A stretch of 64,000 nt of DNA from Sandaracinaceae bacterium (GTDB lineage: Bacteria; Myxococcota_A; Polyangia; Polyangiales; JADJQN01). The translations under genes were made by a program, and so were the position numbers. Where the stretch lies: positions 462,770-526,769 of the forward strand of contig JADJQN010000001.1 in assembly GCA_016712745.1 (NCBI GenBank), in the 5' to 3' direction. Below are positions 7,191-15,937 of this stretch, one piece after another; the first letter of the stretch is position 1; every line of letters starts with the position of its first letter. The notes below the pieces were generated by a model that was not told where the DNA came from, ran no database searches, and saw only the letters and a list, made by a program, of their open reading frames with translations.

Positions 7191-10100
7191 GTGCGCCTAT
7201 ACTCCGCGCGATTTTTCGAAAAACGGCGTCTGGAGCCCACTTTGCAACTCTCCCCCTTTCTCGCGTTCTTCCTGTCTGGCGCGAGCAGTTTGATCTTCGA
7301 GTCCATCTGGACTCGCATGTTGCATCACGTTTTCGGCTCAACCGCCGTCGCGATGAGCACCGTACTCAGTGTGTTTATGGCTGGCCTTGGCCTCGGCGCT
7401 TGGCTCTTCGGTCGCTACGCCGACCGCATCAAGCATCCGCTAATCACCTACGCGCTGGCCGAGATCATGGTTGGGTTGTGTGGCCTCATCGTTCCGTATC
7501 TCGTCGCATCGGACGGATGGCTCGCCGGATTGAATGGCTGGATGCGCGCGACGTGGGGCTCTGAATCCACGCTCTTTGCAATCGCGCGCTTCATTGCCGT
7601 TGTTCCGATTCTGATCGTGCCGACTACGCTGATGGGCGCGACCCTTCCCTTGCTCGCGCGTCACTTCGTTGAAGTGGCCTCCGATGCAAAGGCCGCAAGC
7701 GCACGCATCGGTACCCTCTATTCGATCAACACGTTCGGCGCGGTCGGCGGTGTCTTCTTCTCCGGCTTCATCTTGCTCCCGAACATCGGTCTCACTCTCA
7801 CCAATCTCACAGCCGTTCTGATCAACGTAAGCCTAGGCACGTTGATTTTGATCTTCCGCAAACAGCTTCTGGGCGACGCGTGGAAACCTGGCGACGCGCT
7901 CTCGTTTCTCCCCAGCAAGGTTGTGAAGACCGAGGCGCATGCCGACGAAGCGCCCATGCCCGCCGTCCAAGCGGTTGACCCTCTTTCGGAGACATACACC
8001 GATCCGATCCCACCGATTGCGCGCAAGCTCGCTTTCGTAGCGTTTGGCGCTTCTGGCGCAGCAGCGCTTTGCGGCGAAGTCGTGTGGACACGCGCTCTCG
8101 CCAGCGTCATCGGCTCTTCCATCTATTCGTTCACGCTCATTTTGATGACCTTCCTCATCGGCATCGCCGGGGGAAGCGCTTACACCTCATCCGTTGCTCA
8201 GGGAGGCCGGCGTGCGCTGTACACCGTTGCCGTTATGGCGGCGGTTCTCGTCTTCATCGCCAACGCACCGGCCGCCGTCGGCGCGCGCGACGGCACCACC
8301 ACGTACACGTTGTTCGTCGTGGGCGGACTTGCGCTCATCGCCGCGGTCTTGTTCTTTTCAGTCTTGGCCACGCGTTCGTCGGGGGAGTTTGCCAAACAGC
8401 TAACCCCGCAAGAAACGACGCTTTGGGCTATCGCGCTGCTCGCCGTGCCATGCATCTCTGCCGCGATTCACTCTCACTACGCCGGGCCGCTCTCGAAGAT
8501 CATTTGCTCGGTCGTTTCAGCAATCTGCCTCTTCTTGGCGATCACCCTTGCCGTTCGCCGCAGCCTAGTGCTTTTGCTCGCGCTGATTCAGCTGCTGATC
8601 GCAGCCTGCACCTTCGTCAACTACATCTGGGCAGATGAGATTCCGCTAGGCTTTGCGTCGCTGGTCGCGAGCATGGACCGCGATGCGCTTGCTGACCACG
8701 TGGGCCGCGTGCAGTTCTTCATGTTCTTCACCGCAGGCCTCTGCACTCTGCCGGCATGTCTGGGCATGGGCGCGATGTTCCCCGTCACGATTCGCGTGTG
8801 GACCTCGGGCGGGGCAAACATCGGCCGCGACGTGAGCACTGTGTATACGGCGAACACGGTGGGTTCGATCGTCGGTGCGTGGTTGCCGGGTTTCATTCTC
8901 TTGCCGTGGATCGGCATGGAGCGAACGCTGCTCATCGGGATCGCACTCAACATGCTTCTCGCGTTGATGATGTTAATCGCAACAGCAGCAGATCCTCCGA
9001 AGACCCAGAGTGCACTTGCGAGCGAAGCAGGACCCGACGCTGCCCCTTCTTCGACGGACGCAAAGGATTCGGCGCACGAAAAGAAGCCGCCAACACGCGA
9101 GCTTCCCATTTGGCAGGCGGCCACGATCTATGTGCTCGCGCCGCTCATCCCCGCACTAGGCGCGCTCGGCTTTCTCGGCGCGTGGCGTCCCAACTCCTAT
9201 CTAAGTTGGAACCTCTCGCAGATGACCCTCGGGGTGTTTCGCGTGTCGATCGCGAAGGACGTCTTGAATCCGGAGACATGGGGCGAACCGGACCTGGTTT
9301 TCTATCATGATGGCTTGTCGACGACAGTCTCCGTGGAGCGTTGGGGACATCACTACGCGCTCAAGAACAACGGCAAAGTCGACGCATCCAACGGCGACGA
9401 TATTCCGACGCAGGTCATGGTCGGCGGCTACCCGCTCTTGATGCATCAGAACGGTCCACAGAATCTCGACGTGGCCATCATTGGCTTCGGTTCGGGCATG
9501 ACCGTGGGCACCACGCTCAAATTTCCGGTTCGCTCGGTGCAAGTGATTGAGCTTGAACGCTCGATTCCCGATGCGTCGCGGTATTTCCAAGACGTCAACG
9601 GACTTGACTATCCGCTTGCGGCCTTTCCCTTCGTACGCATGCCGCGGCTCGACGTGATTAACGACGACGGGCGCAATTACCTTGCGGCAACAAATCGTAG
9701 CTACGACATCATCATGAGCGAGCCGTCGAATCCGTGGATCACGGGCGTGTCCGACTTGTTCACGGTGGATCACTTCCACATCGCCAAGCAGCGCTTGCGT
9801 CCGGGAGGCATCTATTGTCAGTGGGTGCAGCTCTATGAGCTCAGCCCCGAGAACATCAAGACCATCTACCGCACAATCGCGTCGCAGTTCCGCTATGCGG
9901 TCGTATTCGCTGCAGAGAACATGTCCAGCGATACGGTGGTGCTCGGTTCAGATTCCCCGCTTCCGCTGGATTTGCGGCGAATTCAACGGGCGTACGATAT
10001 GCCCGGCATCGCGGCCGAGATGGAACGCGCTCATATCCATTCGCCGTTTGATGTCTTCTCGCGCGTGCTCTTGGCGAGTCGTGAAGAAATTTTGGACTAC

Positions 10101-11027
10101 ACGCAGCTCGAATACCACCGCGTGCATGACGAATGGGTGCCCGATCCCGCATCGTCCAACGGCGGAGAGTGTCCGCCGGGAATGTGTCGCCGTGAACCTG
10201 CGCCACTCAATACCGACGACAACGCACTCATCGAGTTCGCGGCGCCGAAGGATCTCATTGGCTTCATGCGCTACGAGGGATACCTCAGCAATATCTATTC
10301 GCCCGAATGGCCCTACGCGCAGTTGGCGACAACGGTGCGCGGTTTCGGCTACGGCGAAGAAGCTGCTCGCAACTACGCCGAGCAGGCGATGTCGCTCATC
10401 GCGAGCGGACGCAAGACAGAGGCAGCGCAGTTCCTTCAGCGCTCGCAGCAAGCGGGTCGTGTGCGCGAAACAGCGGTCGCTCTCGAGACGCTGGCAATGC
10501 TGATGTCCGATCAGCGCGAGCCACGCATTGCTATCGAGCCGCCGATCCCCGGACCGCAGATGGACGCGCGCACAGCGGAGCGATTGACCACGGGCTTCGA
10601 TGCCGTGCGTCGCTCCGTGGATGCGAATGCGTATCCTGCCGCGCTCGAGGCGATGGAAGAAATTCCCGCACCGATCCGACTGCACAGTGGACCCTCGCTG
10701 CGTTTCTTGTACGGCTATTTGCTCTACAAGGGAGCGGGTGGCGAGACCCAACAGTATCGCAACTCGATCGAGCAGCTCGAGGAGCTCGTGCGCACGGACG
10801 TTGACTACGTCGTCACGCATCCGGAGATCTATTATTTCCTCGCGCGCGCTCATGATGCGGAGTTCAACTACGAGCAGGCGCTAACCAATATGCGGCTGTA
10901 CGTGGAGCTGCGGGTCGTGCCCCGGACACCAACTGGCGTGGCTGTTGCTTCGCCGGATCCGAGTCCGAGTCCGAGTCCGAGTCCGAGTCCGAGTCCGAGT
11001 CCGAGTCCGAGTCCGTCGCGTAACTAG
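7191..11027 (+). CDS. fused polytopic membrane domain + spermidine synthase-like (class I SAM-MTase fold) domain + TPR-like C-terminal region, ending in a (Pro-Ser)10 tail
   Basis: The N-terminus FFLSGASSLIFESIWTRMLHHVFGSTAVAMSTVLSVFMAGLGLGAW matches the fused MFS/spermidine-synthase family and about 14 hydrophobic helices follow. The SpeE-like core is VAIIGFGSGMTVG...VIELERSI...INDDGRNYL...YDIIMSEPSNPWITGVSDLFT...LRPGGIYCQW. Confidence 0.85.
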   Translation: MRLYSARFFEKRRLEPTLQLSPFLAFFLSGASSLIFESIWTRMLHHVFGSTAVAMSTVLSVFMAGLGLGAWLFGRYADRIKHPLITYALAEIMVGLCGLIVPYLVASDGWLAGLNGWMRATWGSESTLFAIARFIAVVPILIVPTTLMGATLPLLARHFVEVASDAKAASARIGTLYSINTFGAVGGVFFSGFILLPNIGLTLTNLTAVLINVSLGTLILIFRKQLLGDAWKPGDALSFLPSKVVKTEAHADEAPMPAVQAVDPLSETYTDPIPPIARKLAFVAFGASGAAALCGEVVWTRALASVIGSSIYSFTLILMTFLIGIAGGSAYTSSVAQGGRRALYTVAVMAAVLVFIANAPAAVGARDGTTTYTLFVVGGLALIAAVLFFSVLATRSSGEFAKQLTPQETTLWAIALLAVPCISAAIHSHYAGPLSKIICSVVSAICLFLAITLAVRRSLVLLLALIQLLIAACTFVNYIWADEIPLGFASLVASMDRDALADHVGRVQFFMFFTAGLCTLPACLGMGAMFPVTIRVWTSGGANIGRDVSTVYTANTVGSIVGAWLPGFILLPWIGMERTLLIGIALNMLLALMMLIATAADPPKTQSALASEAGPDAAPSSTDAKDSAHEKKPPTRELPIWQAATIYVLAPLIPALGALGFLGAWRPNSYLSWNLSQMTLGVFRVSIAKDVLNPETWGEPDLVFYHDGLSTTVSVERWGHHYALKNNGKVDASNGDDIPTQVMVGGYPLLMHQNGPQNLDVAIIGFGSGMTVGTTLKFPVRSVQVIELERSIPDASRYFQDVNGLDYPLAAFPFVRMPRLDVINDDGRNYLAATNRSYDIIMSEPSNPWITGVSDLFTVDHFHIAKQRLRPGGIYCQWVQLYELSPENIKTIYRTIASQFRYAVVFAAENMSSDTVVLGSDSPLPLDLRRIQRAYDMPGIAAEMERAHIHSPFDVFSRVLLASREEILDYTQLEYHRVHDEWVPDPASSNGGECPPGMCRREPAPLNTDDNALIEFAAPKDLIGFMRYEGYLSNIYSPEWPYAQLATTVRGFGYGEEAARNYAEQAMSLIASGRKTEAAQFLQRSQQAGRVRETAVALETLAMLMSDQREPRIAIEPPIPGPQMDARTAERLTTGFDAVRRSVDANAYPAALEAMEEIPAPIRLHSGPSLRFLYGYLLYKGAGGETQQYRNSIEQLEELVRTDVDYVVTHPEIYYFLARAHDAEFNYEQALTNMRLYVELRVVPRTPTGVAVASPDPSPSPSPSPSPSPSPSPSPSRN
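10959..11018 (+). repeat. (CCGAGT)9 perfect hexanucleotide microsatellite plus one degenerate unit (CCGTCG), encoding (Pro-Ser)10
   Basis: Nine perfect units counted directly from 10959 to 11012. The repeat sits in-frame at the 3' end of the 7191..11027 CDS. Confidence 0.95.
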
Positions 11028-11194
11028 GCGGCACAGTGTGCGTATATCCGGCAACGTGCGTAGCCGGGTGCGCACTGAAAACGTGGCCCCGCGAAGCCAC
11101 CTACGCAGTTTTCGATGGCCGGCCGCCCTGGTCAAGAATGGCATTGCTGCGTAATTACATGCATTTGTCTGGGGGCGTCGCGATCGCTTTGCCC

Positions 11195-11212
11195 CTGGCA
11201 TACATGGTGCTT
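11195..11212 (+). promoter_or_regulatory. candidate sigma-54 (-24/-12) promoter
   Basis: cTGGCAtacatgGTGCTt: GG and GC have the canonical spacing of YTGGCACGrNNNTTGCW. TGGCA and TGCT match; three mismatches. The GC lies about 37 nt upstream of the ATG at 11247. Confidence 0.4.
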
Positions 11213-11246
11213 TTACACGGCTGACGCAGTTCGGAGCCAACGCGAC

Positions 11247-11453
11247 ATGAAAGAAACCATGACCCCCACGAAGACCCCAACCTCGGCATCGGCGCACCAA
11301 CGTGCGTTGAAGATTCTCGCGAAGTCCGTCTATCGTGAGCTCAAGTCGAGCGGATACGAGCGCCGCGACATGATCGCCTTCACTACCGAGCTTTTGGACC
11401 TCGTTACGAACGAGATGAAGGCCGACAGCGAAGCGACTGAAAACGCCGCCTGA
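11247..11453 (+). CDS. small (68 aa) hypothetical protein
   Basis: MKETMTPTKTPTSASAHQRALKILAKSVYRELKSSGYERRDMIAFTTELLDLVTNEMKADSEATENAA. It is bracketed by the sigma-54-like promoter and an intrinsic terminator. Predicted helical; no family recognised. Confidence 0.5.
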   Translation: MKETMTPTKTPTSASAHQRALKILAKSVYRELKSSGYERRDMIAFTTELLDLVTNEMKADSEATENAA

Positions 11454-11467
11454 ATCAGCCTCTCGTC

Positions 11468-11516
11468 AAGCCTCGCTAAGGACCCGAAATCGTTGGGCAT
11501 AGCGAGGCTTTTTTGC
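11468..11516 (+). terminator. Rho-independent terminator
   Basis: Perfect 11-bp stem AAGCCTCGCTA / TAGCGAGGCTT (11468-11478 and 11500-11510), 21-nt loop, then a TTTTTT run. It lies 15 nt after the stop of the small ORF. Confidence 0.75.
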
Positions 11517-11530
11517 GTCCGCCATCGTCC

Positions 11531-11559
11531 TTGACCGCACCCCCTCCCGCAGCTAGATT
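11531..11559 (+). promoter_or_regulatory. candidate sigma-70 promoter of the gap-pgk-tpiA-secG operon
   Basis: TTGACC (-35), a 17-nt spacer, then TAGATT (-10). The -10 is 46 nt upstream of the gap ATG, and GGAGG precedes the ATG. Confidence 0.5.
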
Positions 11560-11604
11560 CCGCCTCCTTTTCAGGCGCATTACGCGCATTCGGAGGCTCC
11601 TTCC

Positions 11605-12615
11605 ATGGCAACGAAAATCGCGATCAACGGATTTGGTCGCATCGGTCGATGTGTCGCTCGCCAACTCTTCGCGAGCAAAGACCACGACCTTGAGCTCGTT
11701 GCCATCAATGATCTGACGAGCGCTGATGTGCTCGCGCACCTGATGCAGTTCGACTCTGTACATCGCACCTACGCGCACGAAGTCACGGCCAGCGATGGGG
11801 CGCTTAGCATCGGTGGCAAGCGGGTCCCCGTGCTCGCGGAAAAGGATCCGACGAAGCTTCCGTGGAAAGACCTTGGCGTCGACATCGTGCTCGAGTGCAC
11901 GGGCATCTTCCGCGATCACGCGGGATGCACAAAGCATCTCGAGGCTGGCGCCAAGCGCGTCATCATCAGTGCGCCTGGCGAGAAGGACATCGACGGCACT
12001 TTTTGCGTTGGCATCAACACCAACACGCTCGACCTGAAGAAGCACGTGATTGTCTCGAACGCCTCGTGCACCACCAACTGCTTGGCGCCCGTCGCGAAAG
12101 TCATTCACGAGTCTTTCGGTATTCTAAAGGGGCACATGGTCACCGTGCACTCCTACACGAACGATCAACGCATTCTTGATCTTCCCCACAAGGATTTGCG
12201 CCGTTCGCGCGCTGCGGCCTTGTCGATGATCCCCACGACGACGGGCGCTGCGAAGGCGATCGGCCTCGTCATTCCAGACCTGAAGGGCAAGTTGGACGGC
12301 ACATCGATTCGCGTGCCGACGCCGGACGTTTCAATCACGTGTATGACCGCCGTTGTCAGCAAGCAGACCTCGCGTGACGAGGTGAACGCGGCGCTGAAGG
12401 CTGCCTCGGAAGGCGCGCTAAAGGGCATTTTGGGCTTTGAGACCCGTCCGTTGGTGTCGAGCGACTTTATCGGCGACGTCCGCTCCTCGATTGTCGACGC
12501 CGCTCAAACCCAAGTCGTCGGCGGCGATTTGCTCGAAGTGCAGAGCTGGTACGACAACGAATGGGGCTTCTCCGCCCGGATGATCGATCTCGCTAAGTTG
12601 ATGGCGAAGGGATGA
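11605..12615 (+). CDS. gap: glyceraldehyde-3-phosphate dehydrogenase (type I)
   Basis: MATKIAINGFGRIGR... with active site SNASCTTNCLAPV and WYDNEWGF near the C-terminus. Confidence 0.97.
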   Translation: MATKIAINGFGRIGRCVARQLFASKDHDLELVAINDLTSADVLAHLMQFDSVHRTYAHEVTASDGALSIGGKRVPVLAEKDPTKLPWKDLGVDIVLECTGIFRDHAGCTKHLEAGAKRVIISAPGEKDIDGTFCVGINTNTLDLKKHVIVSNASCTTNCLAPVAKVIHESFGILKGHMVTVHSYTNDQRILDLPHKDLRRSRAAALSMIPTTTGAAKAIGLVIPDLKGKLDGTSIRVPTPDVSITCMTAVVSKQTSRDEVNAALKAASEGALKGILGFETRPLVSSDFIGDVRSSIVDAAQTQVVGGDLLEVQSWYDNEWGFSARMIDLAKLMAKG

Positions 12616-13799
12616 CCATGGACGGCATTCGCTCCATCGCGGAGCTCCCGATCGAAGGCCGGCGCGTCTTCATTCGCGTCGACTTCAACGTGCCTTTGCA
12701 TGGGTCGAAGATTACGGACGACACGCGAATCGTAGCAGCGCTGCCGACTATCAAGCACGCATTGGAGCGCGGGGCGCGAGTCGTACTCGCCTCGCACTTA
12801 GGGCGTCCCAAAGGCGCACCGGATTCAAAGTATAGCCTCGAGCCCGCGGGCGCACTGTTGGCTGAGCTTCTTGGTAAGGAAGTCGTGCTGGCCGACGATT
12901 GCATCGGCGATGGCGCGCGCAAGGTCGTGACTGATCTGCGTGAAGGTCAGATCGCGATGCTTGAGAACCTTCGCTTTCATGAAGAGGAAGAGAAGAACGA
13001 CGAAGCCTTTGCGAAGGAGCTCGCGAAGCTTTGCGACGTCTACGTCAACGATGCGTTCGGCGCAGCCCATCGTGCGCACGCTTCGGTAAGCGCCCTGCCC
13101 CATTTGATCACCGATCGGGGCGCCGGCTTCCTGATGCAGAAGGAACTCAAGGCGCTCGGACGCTTTAGCGGCGAAGTAGAAAAGCCGTTCGTGCTTGTTC
13201 TTGGCGGCGCGAAGGTCTCCGACAAAATCGGTGTTATCGAAGCCATGCTCAACAAGGTATCGACGATTCTCATCGGCGGCGCGATGGCCAACACCTTCCT
13301 CGCTGCGCGCGGCGTGTCCGTCGGCAAGAGCAAAATCGAGGATGACAAGCTCTCGCTGGCGCGAAGCCTCCTGAACACCGCTAAGTCGCACAACGTATCG
13401 CTTGTCCTTCCGACGGATGTCGTGGTGGCTGAAAGCCTTGATTCAGTGGCGGGCGAGGTTGTGGCTATCGATGCCATTGGCGCTGATCAGATGGCGCTAG
13501 ACATCGGCCCAGCAACCGTGGCGACGTTCACCGAAGCGCTCTCTCGCGCGCGCAGCGTGTTGTGGAACGGACCGATGGGGCTCTTCGAGAAGCCCGCGTT
13601 TGCAGCAGGCACCTTAGGCGTTGCGAAGGCCATTGCTGCCGCGCCAGGGTTCACGGTCGTTGGGGGCGGTGACAGCGTGGCAGCTGTGCAAGATGCCAAA
13701 CTCGCCGACGAGTTTGATCACGTCTCGACCGGTGGCGGGGCGTCGCTCGAATTCCTCGAAGGCAAGAAGCTGCCCGGAGTGATGAGTCTCATCTCATGA
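12612..13799 (+). CDS. pgk: phosphoglycerate kinase
   Basis: GRRVFIRVDFNVPL...RIVAALPTIKHALERGARVVLASHLGRPKG...GGGDS...STGGGASLEFLEG. ATGA overlap with gap. Confidence 0.97.
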   Translation: MTMDGIRSIAELPIEGRRVFIRVDFNVPLHGSKITDDTRIVAALPTIKHALERGARVVLASHLGRPKGAPDSKYSLEPAGALLAELLGKEVVLADDCIGDGARKVVTDLREGQIAMLENLRFHEEEEKNDEAFAKELAKLCDVYVNDAFGAAHRAHASVSALPHLITDRGAGFLMQKELKALGRFSGEVEKPFVLVLGGAKVSDKIGVIEAMLNKVSTILIGGAMANTFLAARGVSVGKSKIEDDKLSLARSLLNTAKSHNVSLVLPTDVVVAESLDSVAGEVVAIDAIGADQMALDIGPATVATFTEALSRARSVLWNGPMGLFEKPAFAAGTLGVAKAIAAAPGFTVVGGGDSVAAVQDAKLADEFDHVSTGGGASLEFLEGKKLPGVMSLIS

Positions 13800-14560
13800 A
13801 CGTGAAGCTTCGCAAGCCCCTCATCGCGGGCAACTGGAAGATGTACAAGACGGCGCGCGAGGCTGCGGAGCTTGTCGCTGCATTGATTGAGCGCGGCGCA
13901 GAAAAGCACGGCGCGGAAGTTGTCATCGCGCCGCCGTTCACGCTTATCGCGCCTGTCCTCGCTGCGATGGGTGGTTCGCGGATCGGCCTTGCGGCGCAGA
14001 ACTGCCATTTCGAGAAGCAGGGCGCGTTCACCGGCGAGGTGAGCGCGGAGCAAGTGCGCGAAGCGGGCTGCACGTACTGCATCGTCGGCCACTCCGAGCG
14101 CCGGCAGCTCTTTGGAGAGACGAGCGAGATTGTCGGCAAGAAGGCCAAGGCTCTTCTCTCCGAGGCCGTGCATCCGATTGTCTGCGTTGGCGAAACGCTT
14201 GCCGAACGCGAAAGCGGCTCGACACTCAAGGTCGTGATCGCCCAGCTCGACGCAGCCCTGGTCTCGTTTGGTGCGTCCGACATCGCCAAAGTGGTCGTGG
14301 CCTACGAGCCAGTTTGGGCCATCGGCACGGGTCGTACCGCGAGCCCGAAAGACGCCCAGGATGTGCACGCGGTCATCCGCGCGCGCTTGTTGCAGATGTT
14401 TCCGACAACGGCCGACACGGTGCGCGTCCTCTATGGCGGCAGCGTGAAACCCGACAATGCGAAGGCGCTTCTCGCGGAGCGCGATATCGATGGGGCCCTG
14501 GTTGGAGGCGCTTCCCTTGATGCAGGCTCGTTCATTTCCATTATTGAGGCGACGGGCTAA
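13796..14560 (+). CDS. tpiA: triosephosphate isomerase
   Basis: PLIAGNWKM...IVGHSERR...VAYEPVWAIGTG...YGGSV...VGGASL. ATGA overlap with pgk. Confidence 0.97.
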   Translation: MNVKLRKPLIAGNWKMYKTAREAAELVAALIERGAEKHGAEVVIAPPFTLIAPVLAAMGGSRIGLAAQNCHFEKQGAFTGEVSAEQVREAGCTYCIVGHSERRQLFGETSEIVGKKAKALLSEAVHPIVCVGETLAERESGSTLKVVIAQLDAALVSFGASDIAKVVVAYEPVWAIGTGRTASPKDAQDVHAVIRARLLQMFPTTADTVRVLYGGSVKPDNAKALLAERDIDGALVGGASLDAGSFISIIEATG

Positions 14561-14593
14561 GCTCCGCCGCTCTTTGTCGATAGGTACCCAAAC

Positions 14594-15265
14594 ATGTTTG
14601 CGTTTCTCTCAGTCATCTACGTCTTGGTCTGCCTCTTCTTGATCCTCGTCGTGCTCTTGCAAGCAGGCAAAGGTGGCGGCATGGGTGCAGCGTTCGGAGG
14701 CGGAAGCTCACAGACGGTATTCGGCGGAGCCGGTGCCGGAAACTTCCTCACGCGACTCACCTGGATCAGCGCCGTCTTGTTCATGCTGCTCTCCGGAACG
14801 CTGGCGTACATGTCGACGAGCAGTGACGCGGCTCTCCGCCGTGCGCACGAGCAGTCCGAGGAACGTCGTCGCGCACGCGACATCAGCCACACCAAGGCGC
14901 CGACCAAAGCCGGCGGTATGTCCGAAGAAGGCGCAGCAGGCGCGACGCCCGCCGCGACGCCAACTCCGGCTCCGGCGCCAGCACCCACGGGCGACCCGCA
15001 AGCGATCATTGAGAACACCGCCGCGCCTGGCGCAACGCCCCAAGCTGTAATCCAGAACACGCAAGGCGGCGCAGCGGGAACGGCACCGCAGGCGATCATC
15101 GAGAACACGCAAGGACGTCCCGCTCCCGGCGCGACCCCCCAAGCGATCATCGAGAACACTCAGGCTGCTCGTCGCAGAGCTCCTGCGCCCGCGGCGGCTT
15201 CGCCCGCTCCGGCAGCTCCGGCGCCCGCACCGGCGGCGGCGCCTGCTGCGCCGACAGCTCCCTAA
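14594..15265 (+). CDS. secG: preprotein translocase subunit SecG with a roughly 150-aa low-complexity C-terminal extension
   Basis: The first 75 aa or so are a canonical SecG (VLVCLFLILVVLLQAGKGGGMGAAFGGGSSQTVFGGAGAGNFLTRLTWISAVLFMLLS) in the conserved post-tpiA position. The remainder is Ala/Pro-rich with a repeated octapeptide. Confidence 0.9.
   Translation: MFAFLSVIYVLVCLFLILVVLLQAGKGGGMGAAFGGGSSQTVFGGAGAGNFLTRLTWISAVLFMLLSGTLAYMSTSSDAALRRAHEQSEERRRARDISHTKAPTKAGGMSEEGAAGATPAATPTPAPAPAPTGDPQAIIENTAAPGATPQAVIQNTQGGAAGTAPQAIIENTQGRPAPGATPQAIIENTQAARRRAPAPAAASPAPAAPAPAPAAAPAAPTAP
14996..15160 (+). repeat. four in-frame copies of an octapeptide-coding unit (PQAIIENT / PQAVIQNT) inside the secG extension
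   Basis: Copies start at 14996, 15038, 15086 and 15137 (spacing 42, 48, 51 nt). Each is preceded by an (A/G)PGAT or GTA-type linker. Confidence 0.9.
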
Positions 15266-15286
15266 CGCGCCCCTCGCGAGACGCGC

Positions 15287-15925
15287 GTGGACCATCGAGC
15301 ACCTAAGCCATCGCCCGCGTTTCGGCGGTGGCTTTTGATTGGGATGATAGCGGTCGCCGCGCTGGGTTTTTCGCTCTTCGTTTATGCCGGCCATCCTGAG
15401 GTCCCGCCGCGCGGTGAGCTTGCGGCGCGGGAAACCGCTGCGTGGCTTCACGTCGTAGCGCGCGATGCGCAGCCTGGATACTGGATCGTGGTGCGCGGCA
15501 CCCATCCCGGCGATCAAGTCGTTGCCGCCGCCAGTGCGGCGCGCCTCACGCACGCGGTGATGCTGGATACCGAGCGGCAGGAAGTAGTTGAAGCCACTGG
15601 AGCAGGCGTGCACATCTCGACGCTCTGTTCACTTCTCGATGAGTCCGTGCGTATGCAGCTCGTGCGGCCTCGTGGCTATACCCTCGACAAAGGCCGAGCC
15701 GCAATGACGCGTGCGCGCTCACACGTGGGGTCGCGGTATGACTGGCTTGGCACGGTCGGCGTTCAGAATGATTCCGCCTACTACTGCACAGAGCTCTGCG
15801 CGGACGCATATCACGCGCGCGAGGATGGCTGGATGCCGCGAATGGTGCTTCATCCCGAGCAGCTCGCGCGCTATGGCGATGTGGTTTTTGATTCGGGCAT
15901 GCGCGCATCACGCCATTTGCGCTAG
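15287..15925 (+). CDS. YiiX/YaeF-type permuted papain-like (NlpC/P60 superfamily) protein, membrane-anchored
   Basis: N-terminal helix WLLIGMIAVAALGFSLFVYAG. Permuted catalytic order: ...THAVML (His) ... GSRYDW ... SAYYCTELCADAYH (Cys). GTG start. Confidence 0.55.
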   Translation: MDHRAPKPSPAFRRWLLIGMIAVAALGFSLFVYAGHPEVPPRGELAARETAAWLHVVARDAQPGYWIVVRGTHPGDQVVAAASAARLTHAVMLDTERQEVVEATGAGVHISTLCSLLDESVRMQLVRPRGYTLDKGRAAMTRARSHVGSRYDWLGTVGVQNDSAYYCTELCADAYHAREDGWMPRMVLHPEQLARYGDVVFDSGMRASRHLR

Positions 15926-15937
15926 GGTTCGCGTCCT

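Noticed and set aside
11036-11224. 62-aa ORF in the spacer after the spermidine-synthase-like gene.
   Set aside because: It has no RBS, an odd composition and no motif. It overlaps the sigma-54-like promoter element, so non-coding is more likely.
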